From the sequence record KU521356.1: 64,000 bases of DNA; one strand, 5' to 3'. A program made the position numbers and the translations under genes. Positions within the stretch are counted from its first letter, which is position 1. Every line of letters begins with the position of its first letter. Positions 8,761 through 25,276 of the stretch are shown here, piece after piece. Below the pieces are notes generated by a model that did not search any database, was not told the origin of the DNA, and saw only the letters and a list, made by a program, of their open reading frames with translations.

Positions 8761-8790
8761 AATACCCTCCTTCGGGAGGGTATTTATTTT
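8761..8790 (+). terminator. intrinsic terminator
   Basis: AATACCCTCC-TTCG-GGAGGGTATT followed by TATTTT. Confidence 0.9.
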
Positions 8791-8809
8791 GTGATTAGAG
8801 GAATAAAAA

Positions 8810-8953
8810 ATGGTAGGTTATCGTATTATTGCTTTTAATGGTACTCAGTGGGAATCTCCGAGTGGGTACACCATTCAGCAAGCGGTGAATGAGTTCCTAA
8901 AGAAATATGATTTACATGAATTAGATATTCGCAGTATTACCGCATTACACTAA
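8810..8953 (+). CDS. small (47 aa) hypothetical protein, absent from the ORF track
   Basis: GAGGA SD; MVGYRIIAFNGTQWESPSGYTIQQAVNEFLKKYDLHELDIRSITALH. Confidence 0.7.
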   Translation: MVGYRIIAFNGTQWESPSGYTIQQAVNEFLKKYDLHELDIRSITALH

Positions 8954-8981
8954 ATCCAATTTTAAATAGGAATACGTATTA

Positions 8982-9374
8982 ATGAATTATAATGCAGAGA
9001 AATATGCCGCACTGCTAGTTTCAATTGCAGCAAACATTGACACTGTAAATAAACTCACCAAAGAAATTTTATCGTCTTCTGATAATAGGGATTTTCTCTA
9101 TGATGTGCATCAAATGACTGACATGTCCCTCGCCAGTCTTCATACGCATCTAACTAAAGAAGTCGAAAAGTTGGTAGAAACAATGGATCTAGTTAAAGAT
9201 GGTCTATATGTCCAGGATGTTGAACTCATTAAGGGTAAGGGAAACTGGCGACATATCGCGGATAATGAACCTACCATCAACGCTATTAAAGCACTGCGTA
9301 AACACATTGGCGAAATCAGTGCATTAGAAGCTAGAACTGTTGTTAAAGGTTACAAGGCAGGTGTCTTAAAATAA
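8982..9374 (+). CDS. hypothetical protein with bL12 (L7/L12) C-terminal-domain-like motif
   Basis: 130 aa; C-terminal TINAIKALRKHIGEISALEARTVV resembles the L7/L12 pattern KxxxIKxxRxxTGxGLxEAKxxVE. Confidence 0.5.
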   Translation: MNYNAEKYAALLVSIAANIDTVNKLTKEILSSSDNRDFLYDVHQMTDMSLASLHTHLTKEVEKLVETMDLVKDGLYVQDVELIKGKGNWRHIADNEPTINAIKALRKHIGEISALEARTVVKGYKAGVLK

Positions 9375-9436
9375 CATCGAATAGTATTAAGTCTATCTTC
9401 TAGGAGGTATACTTAATAAATCATGAGGAAAATATA

Positions 9437-9766
9437 ATGTCCAATATGAAAAAATCTAGTTTGAAAGAATTCTTCGAACATATCACTCAGGCTGATCCAT
9501 TTAATCCTTATTCCTTCATCTACTCCAGACCTATACAATACATTGGTGAAGATAGCGAGTACGCACTACATGTTACGTATGTGCATGGTGCAGCTTACAT
9601 TGAAGGTCTTGTTGGCCATGAAGGAATCAGAATCAATGTATTCTACAATAAACTCCAAGGTATTCAACTTTGGACATACTTTGATAACGAACCTCGTGTT
9701 GATTCATGGCCGTATTATCAAATTGATGCAGCTTTAGAAGAAATCATCCGCCTAACTAAACTATAA
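9437..9766 (+). CDS. hypothetical protein
   Basis: 109 aa, GAGGA SD. Confidence 0.8.
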   Translation: MSNMKKSSLKEFFEHITQADPFNPYSFIYSRPIQYIGEDSEYALHVTYVHGAAYIEGLVGHEGIRINVFYNKLQGIQLWTYFDNEPRVDSWPYYQIDAALEEIIRLTKL

Positions 9767-9795
9767 ACTCTATTTATAAAAAATAGGTGAAGAAA

Positions 9796-10005
9796 ATGAT
9801 CTATCTGGGATGGTTTACCATTATCTTTGTTACAATGAGTCTGTGTCTGTTTTATGTATTTTGTCACCGTAGTATTCGTGAATCACACCCAGGTGTAATA
9901 GAAAAACAGACTACTCGAAAAATTGTTATTTGGGCTGGTATTCTATTGGCACTCGCTTACTTAAATGAAATCAGCCGAGTTTATATAGAGCAGATGGTAA
10001 CCTAA
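9796..10005 (+). CDS. small two-TM membrane protein, paralog A
   Basis: 69 aa from ATG 9796; 46/69 identical to 12484-12693 by hand alignment. Confidence 0.85.
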   Translation: MIYLGWFTIIFVTMSLCLFYVFCHRSIRESHPGVIEKQTTRKIVIWAGILLALAYLNEISRVYIEQMVT

Positions 10006-10062
10006 ATATTCAATAACTCCGAAATAATCAAAACTATTTAATATATCAAAAGGAAACTTTCA

Positions 10063-10350
10063 ATGTTCGAAACTCAAGTCGCCCTTACTGATGAACTCAA
10101 ACAGATCTTCGATCAGATGACCAATGAATTCATTCGTGAGAAAGGTTACATTACTTGTGAGTTTTCCATCCAACAAAAATATCTTGCGGCCGCTCACGAT
10201 TATGCTTATTTGAAAAACCGTGAACTACCTTCGTATGGAATGTGGCGTATCTTCAAATGCGAGGCATGTATCAGCCATAATGTGGATCATCCTTATCATG
10301 TCGAAATCGTGGCGCTGGCGGCCATCGATACGAAGGAACACAATATCTAA
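10063..10350 (+). CDS. hypothetical protein, possibly truncated by a premature TAA
   Basis: 95 aa, AAGGA SD; frame stays open to TGA 10417-10419. Confidence 0.75.
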   Translation: MFETQVALTDELKQIFDQMTNEFIREKGYITCEFSIQQKYLAAAHDYAYLKNRELPSYGMWRIFKCEACISHNVDHPYHVEIVALAAIDTKEHNI

Positions 10351-10415
10351 CAACTGGAAGATATTCATAATGTCCAACATACTAAATGTGAGCCCACCGT
10401 GTGGGAACAAGAGAA

Positions 10416-10706
10416 GTGATTAACATTAATCATGATCTACCTATCTGGATATTACTACTGTTAAGTACAGCTACATCATTCATCTATGCCTTTGTAAAAA
10501 CCTTTCAACAAAGAAACATCTTTCATGGGTACAAAAAAGCTGCTTTCTTCACCTCATGGGGTATCAGTACCCTTGAGTTGACCACCATTGGACTATTTGT
10601 AATAGTGGGTCTTCCTGCTATCATATCCAGCGGTCTAGGTGGTTCGATAGGCGTCGTGTTGGCAATGACGTTCCATGATAAGATTTTTCGTAAAACAACA
10701 GAATAG
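10416..10706 (+). CDS. multi-TM membrane protein
   Basis: Hydrophobic helices (LPIWILLLLSTATSFIYAFV; LTTIGLFVIVGLPAIISSGLGGSIGVVLAM); GTG 10416 preferred over 10401. Confidence 0.7.
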   Translation: MININHDLPIWILLLLSTATSFIYAFVKTFQQRNIFHGYKKAAFFTSWGISTLELTTIGLFVIVGLPAIISSGLGGSIGVVLAMTFHDKIFRKTTE

Positions 10707-10717
10707 GAAAAAACATA

Positions 10718-11056
10718 ATGTCTAGGAAACTTGGAAAGAAACATCCTTGCAATCATCACGAAGATGCAAAGAAATACGAAACTCGGCTACGTACCGAGAA
10801 AGCTGAGTTGGCTAACTGCCGGCTTGGTCAACTGTACTCGGTTCGAATCCTGAATGATAACTGCTTCTTGCGTAATCGATTCATGTGTCAGGAACAAGAT
10901 ATGTTCGATCCTCTTCGCTTGACCCGTGCTAAACGAGAACGTTATTTCAAAGGGGAGCGTTACTGGCTAAATGCCGCCGGCGCTAAGTTCATCCGTTCCG
11001 ATTATGAAAAGAACTGGGCCAAAAACAAACGTAAGGAGATGGCCAATGAGCAGTAG
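10718..11056 (+). CDS. highly basic hypothetical protein
   Basis: 112 aa, 27 K+R by hand count; AGGA SD. Confidence 0.8.
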   Translation: MSRKLGKKHPCNHHEDAKKYETRLRTEKAELANCRLGQLYSVRILNDNCFLRNRFMCQEQDMFDPLRLTRAKRERYFKGERYWLNAAGAKFIRSDYEKNWAKNKRKEMANEQ

Positions 11057-11186
11057 TTATAATCCACCGGTGGACACCGTTGATGTCCTCCATATCGACT
11101 GCGAGTATGAAAAGTTCTCGTTTGGCAAGTTGTTCCAACGAATGATCGATCATTTCGGTGTTCGAAACTCAAGGCGTTCTTACTGA
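11046..11186 (+). CDS. small (46 aa) hypothetical protein
   Basis: ATG at 11046 inside track ORF 10971-11186, AAGGAG SD; TGATG coupling to the next gene. Confidence 0.65.
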   Translation: MSSSYNPPVDTVDVLHIDCEYEKFSFGKLFQRMIDHFGVRNSRRSY

Positions 11187-11443
11187 TGAACTCTGACAAG
11201 CTACGAGGGATACTGACTGACCTCGGTATACTCCCACCTCGCTTTGTTGAGAGCACCGATATCCGTGTCGGCAACTTCCGATTTCAGCGCTGGAAAACCC
11301 AGGTCCTCAAACCTGCTGCTCCTGGTTATCGGAAGTGGATTGACGTGGGTAGGTTAGAATGGGTGGAGGTTAAATACCACCTCAACAAATTACTTAAAGA
11401 GAATAATCTCAATATCCAAGAAGAAAGTAATCGGTCTGGATAA
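11186..11443 (+). CDS. hypothetical protein, possibly frameshifted near its 3' end
   Basis: 85 aa; a +1-frame extension is open from 11418 to 11528. Confidence 0.7.
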   Translation: MNSDKLRGILTDLGILPPRFVESTDIRVGNFRFQRWKTQVLKPAAPGYRKWIDVGRLEWVEVKYHLNKLLKENNLNIQEESNRSG

Positions 11444-11589
11444 CCTCCGGAAGCTCCTGTCAGATCAACTCAACCCGCCACGTCAGTTAACAGACGCTGT
11501 ACGCGAGAAAAATCTTCACAGCAAGTAACGATATAAGGCCCCTCCCTTCGGGTAGGGGTTGTCTATTCATTTCTTAACAGGAAATTCTA

Positions 11590-11925
11590 ATGGAAGACTT
11601 CAAAGAAATCGAGATTTACAGTATGACGTTCATCGACCATTCGGAAAATGCTTCTCGTGTAGTGATTGCACAGATCACTACTCTGGATGATCGTACTGTT
11701 TACGGGGTAATGGAGGTCAATGGTTTCGGCGGTCAGGCCACTACTAATCTGCGTCGGTTCGAACAGAACCGTCAACACGCTCGTTACTTCTTCACCAAGT
11801 CGGTAGCCACTGCTCACGCCGAGGCTTACGTCAAGTACCTGAATGACGACATGGTCGAACAAGACTACCTCGATATGAATACCGGCTACAACTACACCGA
11901 ATTTATGAACATGGTAAATATCTGA
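11590..11925 (+). CDS. hypothetical protein
   Basis: 111 aa, AGGA SD. Confidence 0.8.
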   Translation: MEDFKEIEIYSMTFIDHSENASRVVIAQITTLDDRTVYGVMEVNGFGGQATTNLRRFEQNRQHARYFFTKSVATAHAEAYVKYLNDDMVEQDYLDMNTGYNYTEFMNMVNI

Positions 11926-11932
11926 GGTCATC

Positions 11933-12487
11933 ATGGACAAAAAATTGAAGGAATTCCAAGCAGTGACCCCTGGTGTTGATCGTTTCGTTTACTGTGAGAA
12001 GACTGACACCTGGCTTCCGAAGGCTACTCATCCTCTGGATTGTCACCGTAATAAAAACGCGATAACAGCATTCGATAAAGCCAACGAAGAAATTCAAGAA
12101 CGTTGGTTCTACTGGTGCATTGCATGGGAGAAAGCTTCTGTTCGCCCTACAATGGAAACCGAACTCTGGAAGAACCCGTTCATCTCTGTTGAAGAACGAC
12201 TGGAGATTGCAGAAGGCGCCATCGCGTTCCGTAACGAGGTCATCAGAAATCTCCAGGGGCGTTTAGTTTCGCCAACGATTGCCGAGTTCAAACTTAACGA
12301 CGAAATGGTGGAAGCTATCTTGGATAGCAGTTACACTGTAAAAGATTTCGATCGGAACTCGGAAACGGGCGAAGTAGAGCTTCAGTATCAGATTTCCAAT
12401 AACTTCCACAATCGCGAGTTGGCACGTGATACTGTTCACCGTATCATCAATGCCCTCAAACAACTTACCCCGGTGCAACAGCAATGA
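11933..12487 (+). CDS. hypothetical protein
   Basis: 184 aa, GAGG SD; ATGA overlap with the next gene. Confidence 0.8.
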   Translation: MDKKLKEFQAVTPGVDRFVYCEKTDTWLPKATHPLDCHRNKNAITAFDKANEEIQERWFYWCIAWEKASVRPTMETELWKNPFISVEERLEIAEGAIAFRNEVIRNLQGRLVSPTIAEFKLNDEMVEAILDSSYTVKDFDRNSETGEVELQYQISNNFHNRELARDTVHRIINALKQLTPVQQQ

Positions 12488-12693
12488 TCTACCTTGGTTG
12501 GTTCACCATCATCTTCGTGGCGATGGGTCTTGGTTTATTCGGTGCTTTCTGTCATCGAATAGTTAATTCCACTAATCCTGGATTGGAAGAGAAGCGTACT
12601 ACACTGAATATCGCTATCTGGACAGGTATTCTTCTAGTGCTCGCTTATCTCAATGAAATCAGTCGAGTCTTTATTGTAGGAGTAGTTACATGA
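12484..12693 (+). CDS. small two-TM membrane protein, paralog B
   Basis: 69 aa, paralog of 9796-10005. Confidence 0.85.
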   Translation: MIYLGWFTIIFVAMGLGLFGAFCHRIVNSTNPGLEEKRTTLNIAIWTGILLVLAYLNEISRVFIVGVVT

Positions 12694-12932
12694 CATTACA
12701 AGAGCTGCGTGAACTTCTTTATAAAGAAGCTGGTATGGAATCAATCCATGCTAAAATTAAGCAACGGGCGCTCGCTGGTGATTCAGAGGTAAACTTCGAT
12801 TACAGCAACGAGAACACGCCAGTTGAAGGGAAGATGAATAATCGTCAAGCGGAAATCCTCCGTAAAGACGGTTACATTGTTGAATACAATAGTGCCTGTC
12901 TCTGGTACGAAGTAAAAGGATGGGATGAATAA
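12690..12932 (+). CDS. hypothetical protein
   Basis: 80 aa, ATGA overlap, AGGAG SD. Confidence 0.8.
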   Translation: MTLQELRELLYKEAGMESIHAKIKQRALAGDSEVNFDYSNENTPVEGKMNNRQAEILRKDGYIVEYNSACLWYEVKGWDE

Positions 12933-13198
12933 TGGGACTCCGTTACATGGGTTATTCCGTTAAAGCAACTGTGACTGACCGTGAAGGCGAGTCGCATATC
13001 TTTGACGGCTTTGCCAAGCCTGGCGAGGGTAATTCGGTTTATCCCGGAGCTAATGGTGAAGGTGATAAGCGTCTTGCAGCTCGCCGCGCACTGGAAGCCT
13101 TCATGGATAGTCCAGTCTTCGAGGAACTAACATCGGATATGTACGATACGTTCGATGTTCGTTTCAATTCTCTTGTGCACACTGGAATGCCGGAGTAA
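12932..13198 (+). CDS. hypothetical protein
   Basis: 88 aa, TAATG coupling. Confidence 0.8.
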   Translation: MGLRYMGYSVKATVTDREGESHIFDGFAKPGEGNSVYPGANGEGDKRLAARRALEAFMDSPVFEELTSDMYDTFDVRFNSLVHTGMPE

Positions 13199-13203
13199 TA
13201 AAA

Positions 13204-13641
13204 ATGTCGATGTATACCAAAGACAACGCTGAACTTTACACCCACAAAGAAGATGGTGGTATTTACTACTACCATGGCTTGGCTCATGGTACCGGTGATC
13301 AACGTGGAGAACTGCTGCACATCTACAGTGATTACTTCACTGACATGATGTACTACCGTAACCACACCTGGTCTACTCGGATGGAACGCGTTTCTGCTCC
13401 AGGGCTTCGTCTGAGTCGTTCCTTGCATCCACGTCTATGGATCACCACTCTGATCGGTTTGATGATCATTATCATTACTCAGGTTGTTTTCGGCACCGAG
13501 TTCAATGCAATCACTCTCCAAGAGATTGTCGGTACAGCCGTCGCTGGTGTACTGGCACTGGGTCTTCCGAGTTTCATCCTGCACCAACTGTACAAGTGGA
13601 AGTACAAGAAACCTGTTAAACAGAAGTCCGAAGCGGCATAA
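13204..13641 (+). CDS. membrane protein, soluble N-domain plus two TM helices
   Basis: 145 aa; TM segments LWITTLIGLMIIIITQVVF and IVGTAVAGVLALGLPSFIL. Confidence 0.8.
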   Translation: MSMYTKDNAELYTHKEDGGIYYYHGLAHGTGDQRGELLHIYSDYFTDMMYYRNHTWSTRMERVSAPGLRLSRSLHPRLWITTLIGLMIIIITQVVFGTEFNAITLQEIVGTAVAGVLALGLPSFILHQLYKWKYKKPVKQKSEAA

Positions 13642-13894
13642 AAGGAAATCCCCATTGGCCGCTAAACCAATGGGGTTCCAAACAGTGCATTCGCGACTAC
13701 ACTGTCAGCAGGTGTCGTCCAAGAGAACTGCGGATTAGCTACTTACCCCTCGTGGGCATTTTCACTAGCAGTATTATAACAACACCGTACGTTCTGAAAA
13801 GATTAGCCCTCCTGTGCAACCAGGAGGGCTATATGTCGTCAAGTTTAAGCTTGACTTTTTGCCCAAATGGGCCCACTTGCAGAGGAGACTCCTA

Positions 13895-14161
13895 ATGAAA
13901 GTCTTTGAAACAAGTTCCAGACCAGATCCCCACCACGGGTACTTGACTGGTCTAGAGGTAACAGCATTCAATGGTAAGCCGATCGTCTATGGGCGAAATG
14001 AGCAAATCAAAGTTGCTGTATACGATGGTAAGATGTTCCTTGGTTACATTGGCAATGGTCAGCTTGTAAACAAGCTTTCCGATGCTAAATGGATTGACGG
14101 ATCGTCTAACTATCATATTAATTCTAACTCCAGTAATCTTTTGTTCGCTAGAGTTGCTTAA
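13895..14161 (+). CDS. hypothetical protein
   Basis: ATG 13895 with GAGGAG SD preferred; the track start (13814) lies inside a hairpin. Confidence 0.7.
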   Translation: MKVFETSSRPDPHHGYLTGLEVTAFNGKPIVYGRNEQIKVAVYDGKMFLGYIGNGQLVNKLSDAKWIDGSSNYHINSNSSNLLFARVA

Positions 14162-14168
14162 CTTCAAA

Positions 14169-14210
14169 TACCCTCTTCATTGCGAAGAGGGTAACGTATT
14201 ATTATTTTTT
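14169..14210. terminator. terminator at the convergence of the early operon and terminase
   Basis: TACCCTCTTC-ATTGC-GAAGAGGGTA with a T-rich 3' flank. Confidence 0.8.
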
Positions 14211-14214
14211 TTGT

Positions 14215-16368
14215 TTAATACCAACTATTTCTAGAATATCTGTTAATACGCACTCTACGTGTACGCTCTGCACGAGCTTGATTTAACATGGCATCAATAC
14301 CTACACCACTGCTATCATCAATATTAACACGTTTAGACAATTGTTTCAAACGCATTTCTAATTTAGCTGCAATCATCGGGTTCTTTTCACCGCGAAGCTG
14401 CTCAATTATCTCTTCAAATTCTTTGCGACCTTGCTGTTCTTTCTCTTCATGATATTTTTCAAGTTGACTTGGTTCTTTATCACGTAATTTTGATTTACCT
14501 AAGATGGGAACATTGATACCATAATAAGATAAATTCTTACCTTGTATTAATAACCAGTGGGCTAATAATAATGATACCACTAAGTCGTCATGGTTCCCCT
14601 TAGCATGGTCAATTCTACCATTACGGATAGTAAGTGCTAATAACTCCGTGCTAAGTGGTTTATCATAGATGGTCCTTACCCCATAATGCATTGCTGATGG
14701 TAATGCCACCTTAAATAGATTATCACGAGAATACTCACCAGTACCTGACGTTGCATAACCAAAATAACGTTTAAACCTATCATAAAACGATGGTTGTCTT
14801 GCTGATAGCGGAGTTTGAATGTCTCTGAAATCATTTTCTCTTTCTGATGATTCATTGACAATTCTGTTAAAGATACGTCGGAATGGATCTATTCCTTTAG
14901 TATGCAGAATCAAGATAACATGGTCAATTAACGATATACCTATTGATTTACGTTCTGGTATCCAAAGAATATTAGGATATTTTAATAGCATTGTTGCAAA
15001 GAAATTACCCATTGATGGTACTGATGATTCATTGTATCTACCAACACACATAACCTCATGTGTTTCTACGTCAACTACAACTGTGCCAGTGGCGTCATTA
15101 TCTTCACCAAGAAGTTCAGATGGGTCGGTACCCATAACGAACCTACCCTTCATCATCCGTGAGGCTACTTCATCTTTTGGTATATACCAACGAAGTGTAT
15201 AACCATCATCAGTGATTTCTGTCCAGCTTGGCTCACGCATATTGTTTTTAAGTTTATCTTTCTCATCTGATGATAAGGGTGAACCTTCACCACCAACTGT
15301 CCAGATATTGAAGAAGTCCCTATCGGCAATTTCACCGAATGAACCTGATTCACGAAGTGTGTTATATAACCACTCATCGGTACGTCCTAATTGACGGTGG
15401 TTAAATGCACCATAAACTAGAGGTTTCTTTCCAGTAGTGCCTTTTTCTACAACACGATGTAGAGTTTTCTGATCTGGTAGATCAAAGAATTCCTCTGACC
15501 ATGGGCAGCCACCTGTTAAGAAGTGATATGCAAATTCACCATCACGGGTAGTGATGTTACCAGCTGTAGTTGTATAGATGTTACCATAAGGCTGGTTCTC
15601 ACGGCGAGCTTCATCACGAGCTGCTGAACCTGACGCAAGTGCAACAGGTAGTGAAACACCAATTAAATTAATATATGCAAGTTCGTCAAAGTGCATATTT
15701 GGTACTGTAAGACCACGACCTAATTTATCAGCTGCGTTAACATCATTTCGACCAACAGCTGTTAGATACCTATTACCTAATCTAATACATGTCATCAATT
15801 CGGAGTTATCCGCATCTAATGGATCAGTATAGTGGATATACTCTGGTAACAAATCACGCATTACTTTTAGACGCTCGATGTTAGCATTGCGTAGTTTGTT
15901 ATCTTTAGTAATAAGGTTAATCTTAGTGTTCTCACCCCAGATATACATCATGCCTGTATTGAGCACGTCAGTTGATACGGACTTACCTGTCTGACGAGGC
16001 TGTAATAAACCAAAATCTACGTGATTGAAATAACACCAGAATAAAGCAATATTACCACGGTTAGCTTGGAATGGAATTGGATTATTACCCGAGTTAGGGG
16101 GGATTCTTGCCACTTCCCTAAAAAAATACCAAGGATTATATTTGCATTCCATGTTAATACGAAACTTCATTTCTTCGCTAAGATTAGGGTCATATGGATC
16201 CACCCCAATTAAACCTTGGTCCAATATAGCTAGTATAAATTTGTAATTTTTAATACCCATCTTTTTATAAGTCAAGGCTAACTTTATAAAAGATTTATTT
16301 TTAGTAGTAAGATCAACACTAGCGCTGTAGTATTTATCCCAATCACTATTGAAAAGTATAACGTCCAT
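14215..16368 (-). CDS. terL: terminase large subunit (phiKZ gp25-like)
   Basis: 717 aa; Walker A-like LQPRQTGKS, Walker B HFDE, RNase-H-like nuclease motifs MGTDPS and HDDLVVS. Confidence 0.93.
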   Translation of the reverse strand: MDVILFNSDWDKYYSASVDLTTKNKSFIKLALTYKKMGIKNYKFILAILDQGLIGVDPYDPNLSEEMKFRINMECKYNPWYFFREVARIPPNSGNNPIPFQANRGNIALFWCYFNHVDFGLLQPRQTGKSVSTDVLNTGMMYIWGENTKINLITKDNKLRNANIERLKVMRDLLPEYIHYTDPLDADNSELMTCIRLGNRYLTAVGRNDVNAADKLGRGLTVPNMHFDELAYINLIGVSLPVALASGSAARDEARRENQPYGNIYTTTAGNITTRDGEFAYHFLTGGCPWSEEFFDLPDQKTLHRVVEKGTTGKKPLVYGAFNHRQLGRTDEWLYNTLRESGSFGEIADRDFFNIWTVGGEGSPLSSDEKDKLKNNMREPSWTEITDDGYTLRWYIPKDEVASRMMKGRFVMGTDPSELLGEDNDATGTVVVDVETHEVMCVGRYNESSVPSMGNFFATMLLKYPNILWIPERKSIGISLIDHVILILHTKGIDPFRRIFNRIVNESSERENDFRDIQTPLSARQPSFYDRFKRYFGYATSGTGEYSRDNLFKVALPSAMHYGVRTIYDKPLSTELLALTIRNGRIDHAKGNHDDLVVSLLLAHWLLIQGKNLSYYGINVPILGKSKLRDKEPSQLEKYHEEKEQQGRKEFEEIIEQLRGEKNPMIAAKLEMRLKQLSKRVNIDDSSGVGIDAMLNQARAERTRRVRINRYSRNSWY

Positions 16369-16470
16369 ACACTGCCCTTTAAGGTACTTATTTTAATGTG
16401 CCATAATAAAGCCGTATTGAACGGCAATTGTAAAGTATAGTCTCATATGGATAATGTGTTAAAAGACGTT

Positions 16471-16505
16471 ATAAAGCCCCCTAGGTGGTTCCTAGGGGGC
16501 TTTAT
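16471..16505. terminator. perfect 15-bp hairpin, bidirectional terminator
   Basis: ATAAAGCCCCCTAGG-TGGTT-CCTAGGGGGCTTTAT. Confidence 0.9.
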
Positions 16506-16507
16506 AT

Positions 16508-21838
<5,331 letters not shown>

Positions 21839-21915
21839 TACCGCTACTCCTTAAATGGATAGTAAAAAATAACTAGTATGGTCAACTATGATTAATATCT
21901 ATGATTGACTGTTAG

Positions 21916-24054
<2,139 letters not shown>

Positions 24055-24082
24055 GTGGGTGGCTTTCAGAATGAGGAAAAGT

Positions 24083-24966
<884 letters not shown>

Positions 24967-24967
<1 letters not shown>

Positions 24968-25149
24968 TGGCAAAAGTATATCCGATGGTCCCACCTGGGA
25001 AGACTCGCAACCAAGATCAGAACTTTGATATCAATGCATTCTTTTCTCCCGATGTAGTTGCGGCTGGCAATGGTCTGGTTAGTCAACTTCGGCGAAATGC
25101 TCAAACTGAAAAGAATGAGCAGACTGTCGGTACTAACCAAAAAAGCTAA
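24967..25149 (+). CDS. small hypothetical late protein
   Basis: 60 aa, TAATG-coupled to the tube gene and followed by a terminator. Confidence 0.65.
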
Positions 25150-25157
25150 AGCATATC

Positions 25158-25180
25158 GCCTCCCTTCGGGGAGGCTTTAT
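25158..25180 (+). terminator. intrinsic terminator of the sheath/tube operon
   Basis: GCCTCCC-TTCG-GGGAGGC-TTTAT. Confidence 0.9.
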
Positions 25181-25196
25181 GTTGTTAAAAACTATG

Positions 25197-25223
25197 CTAA
25201 AAAATAATTAAGATATATATTAC
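25197..25223 (+). promoter_or_regulatory. promoter of an accessory cassette
   Basis: CTAAAAAATAATTAAGATATATATTAC; TATATTAC at 25216-25223. Confidence 0.75.
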
Positions 25224-25276
25224 ATGTTTGCTTATTCAATAAGTAAAACTAGATTGTAAATTTTAGAGAGGTTAAA

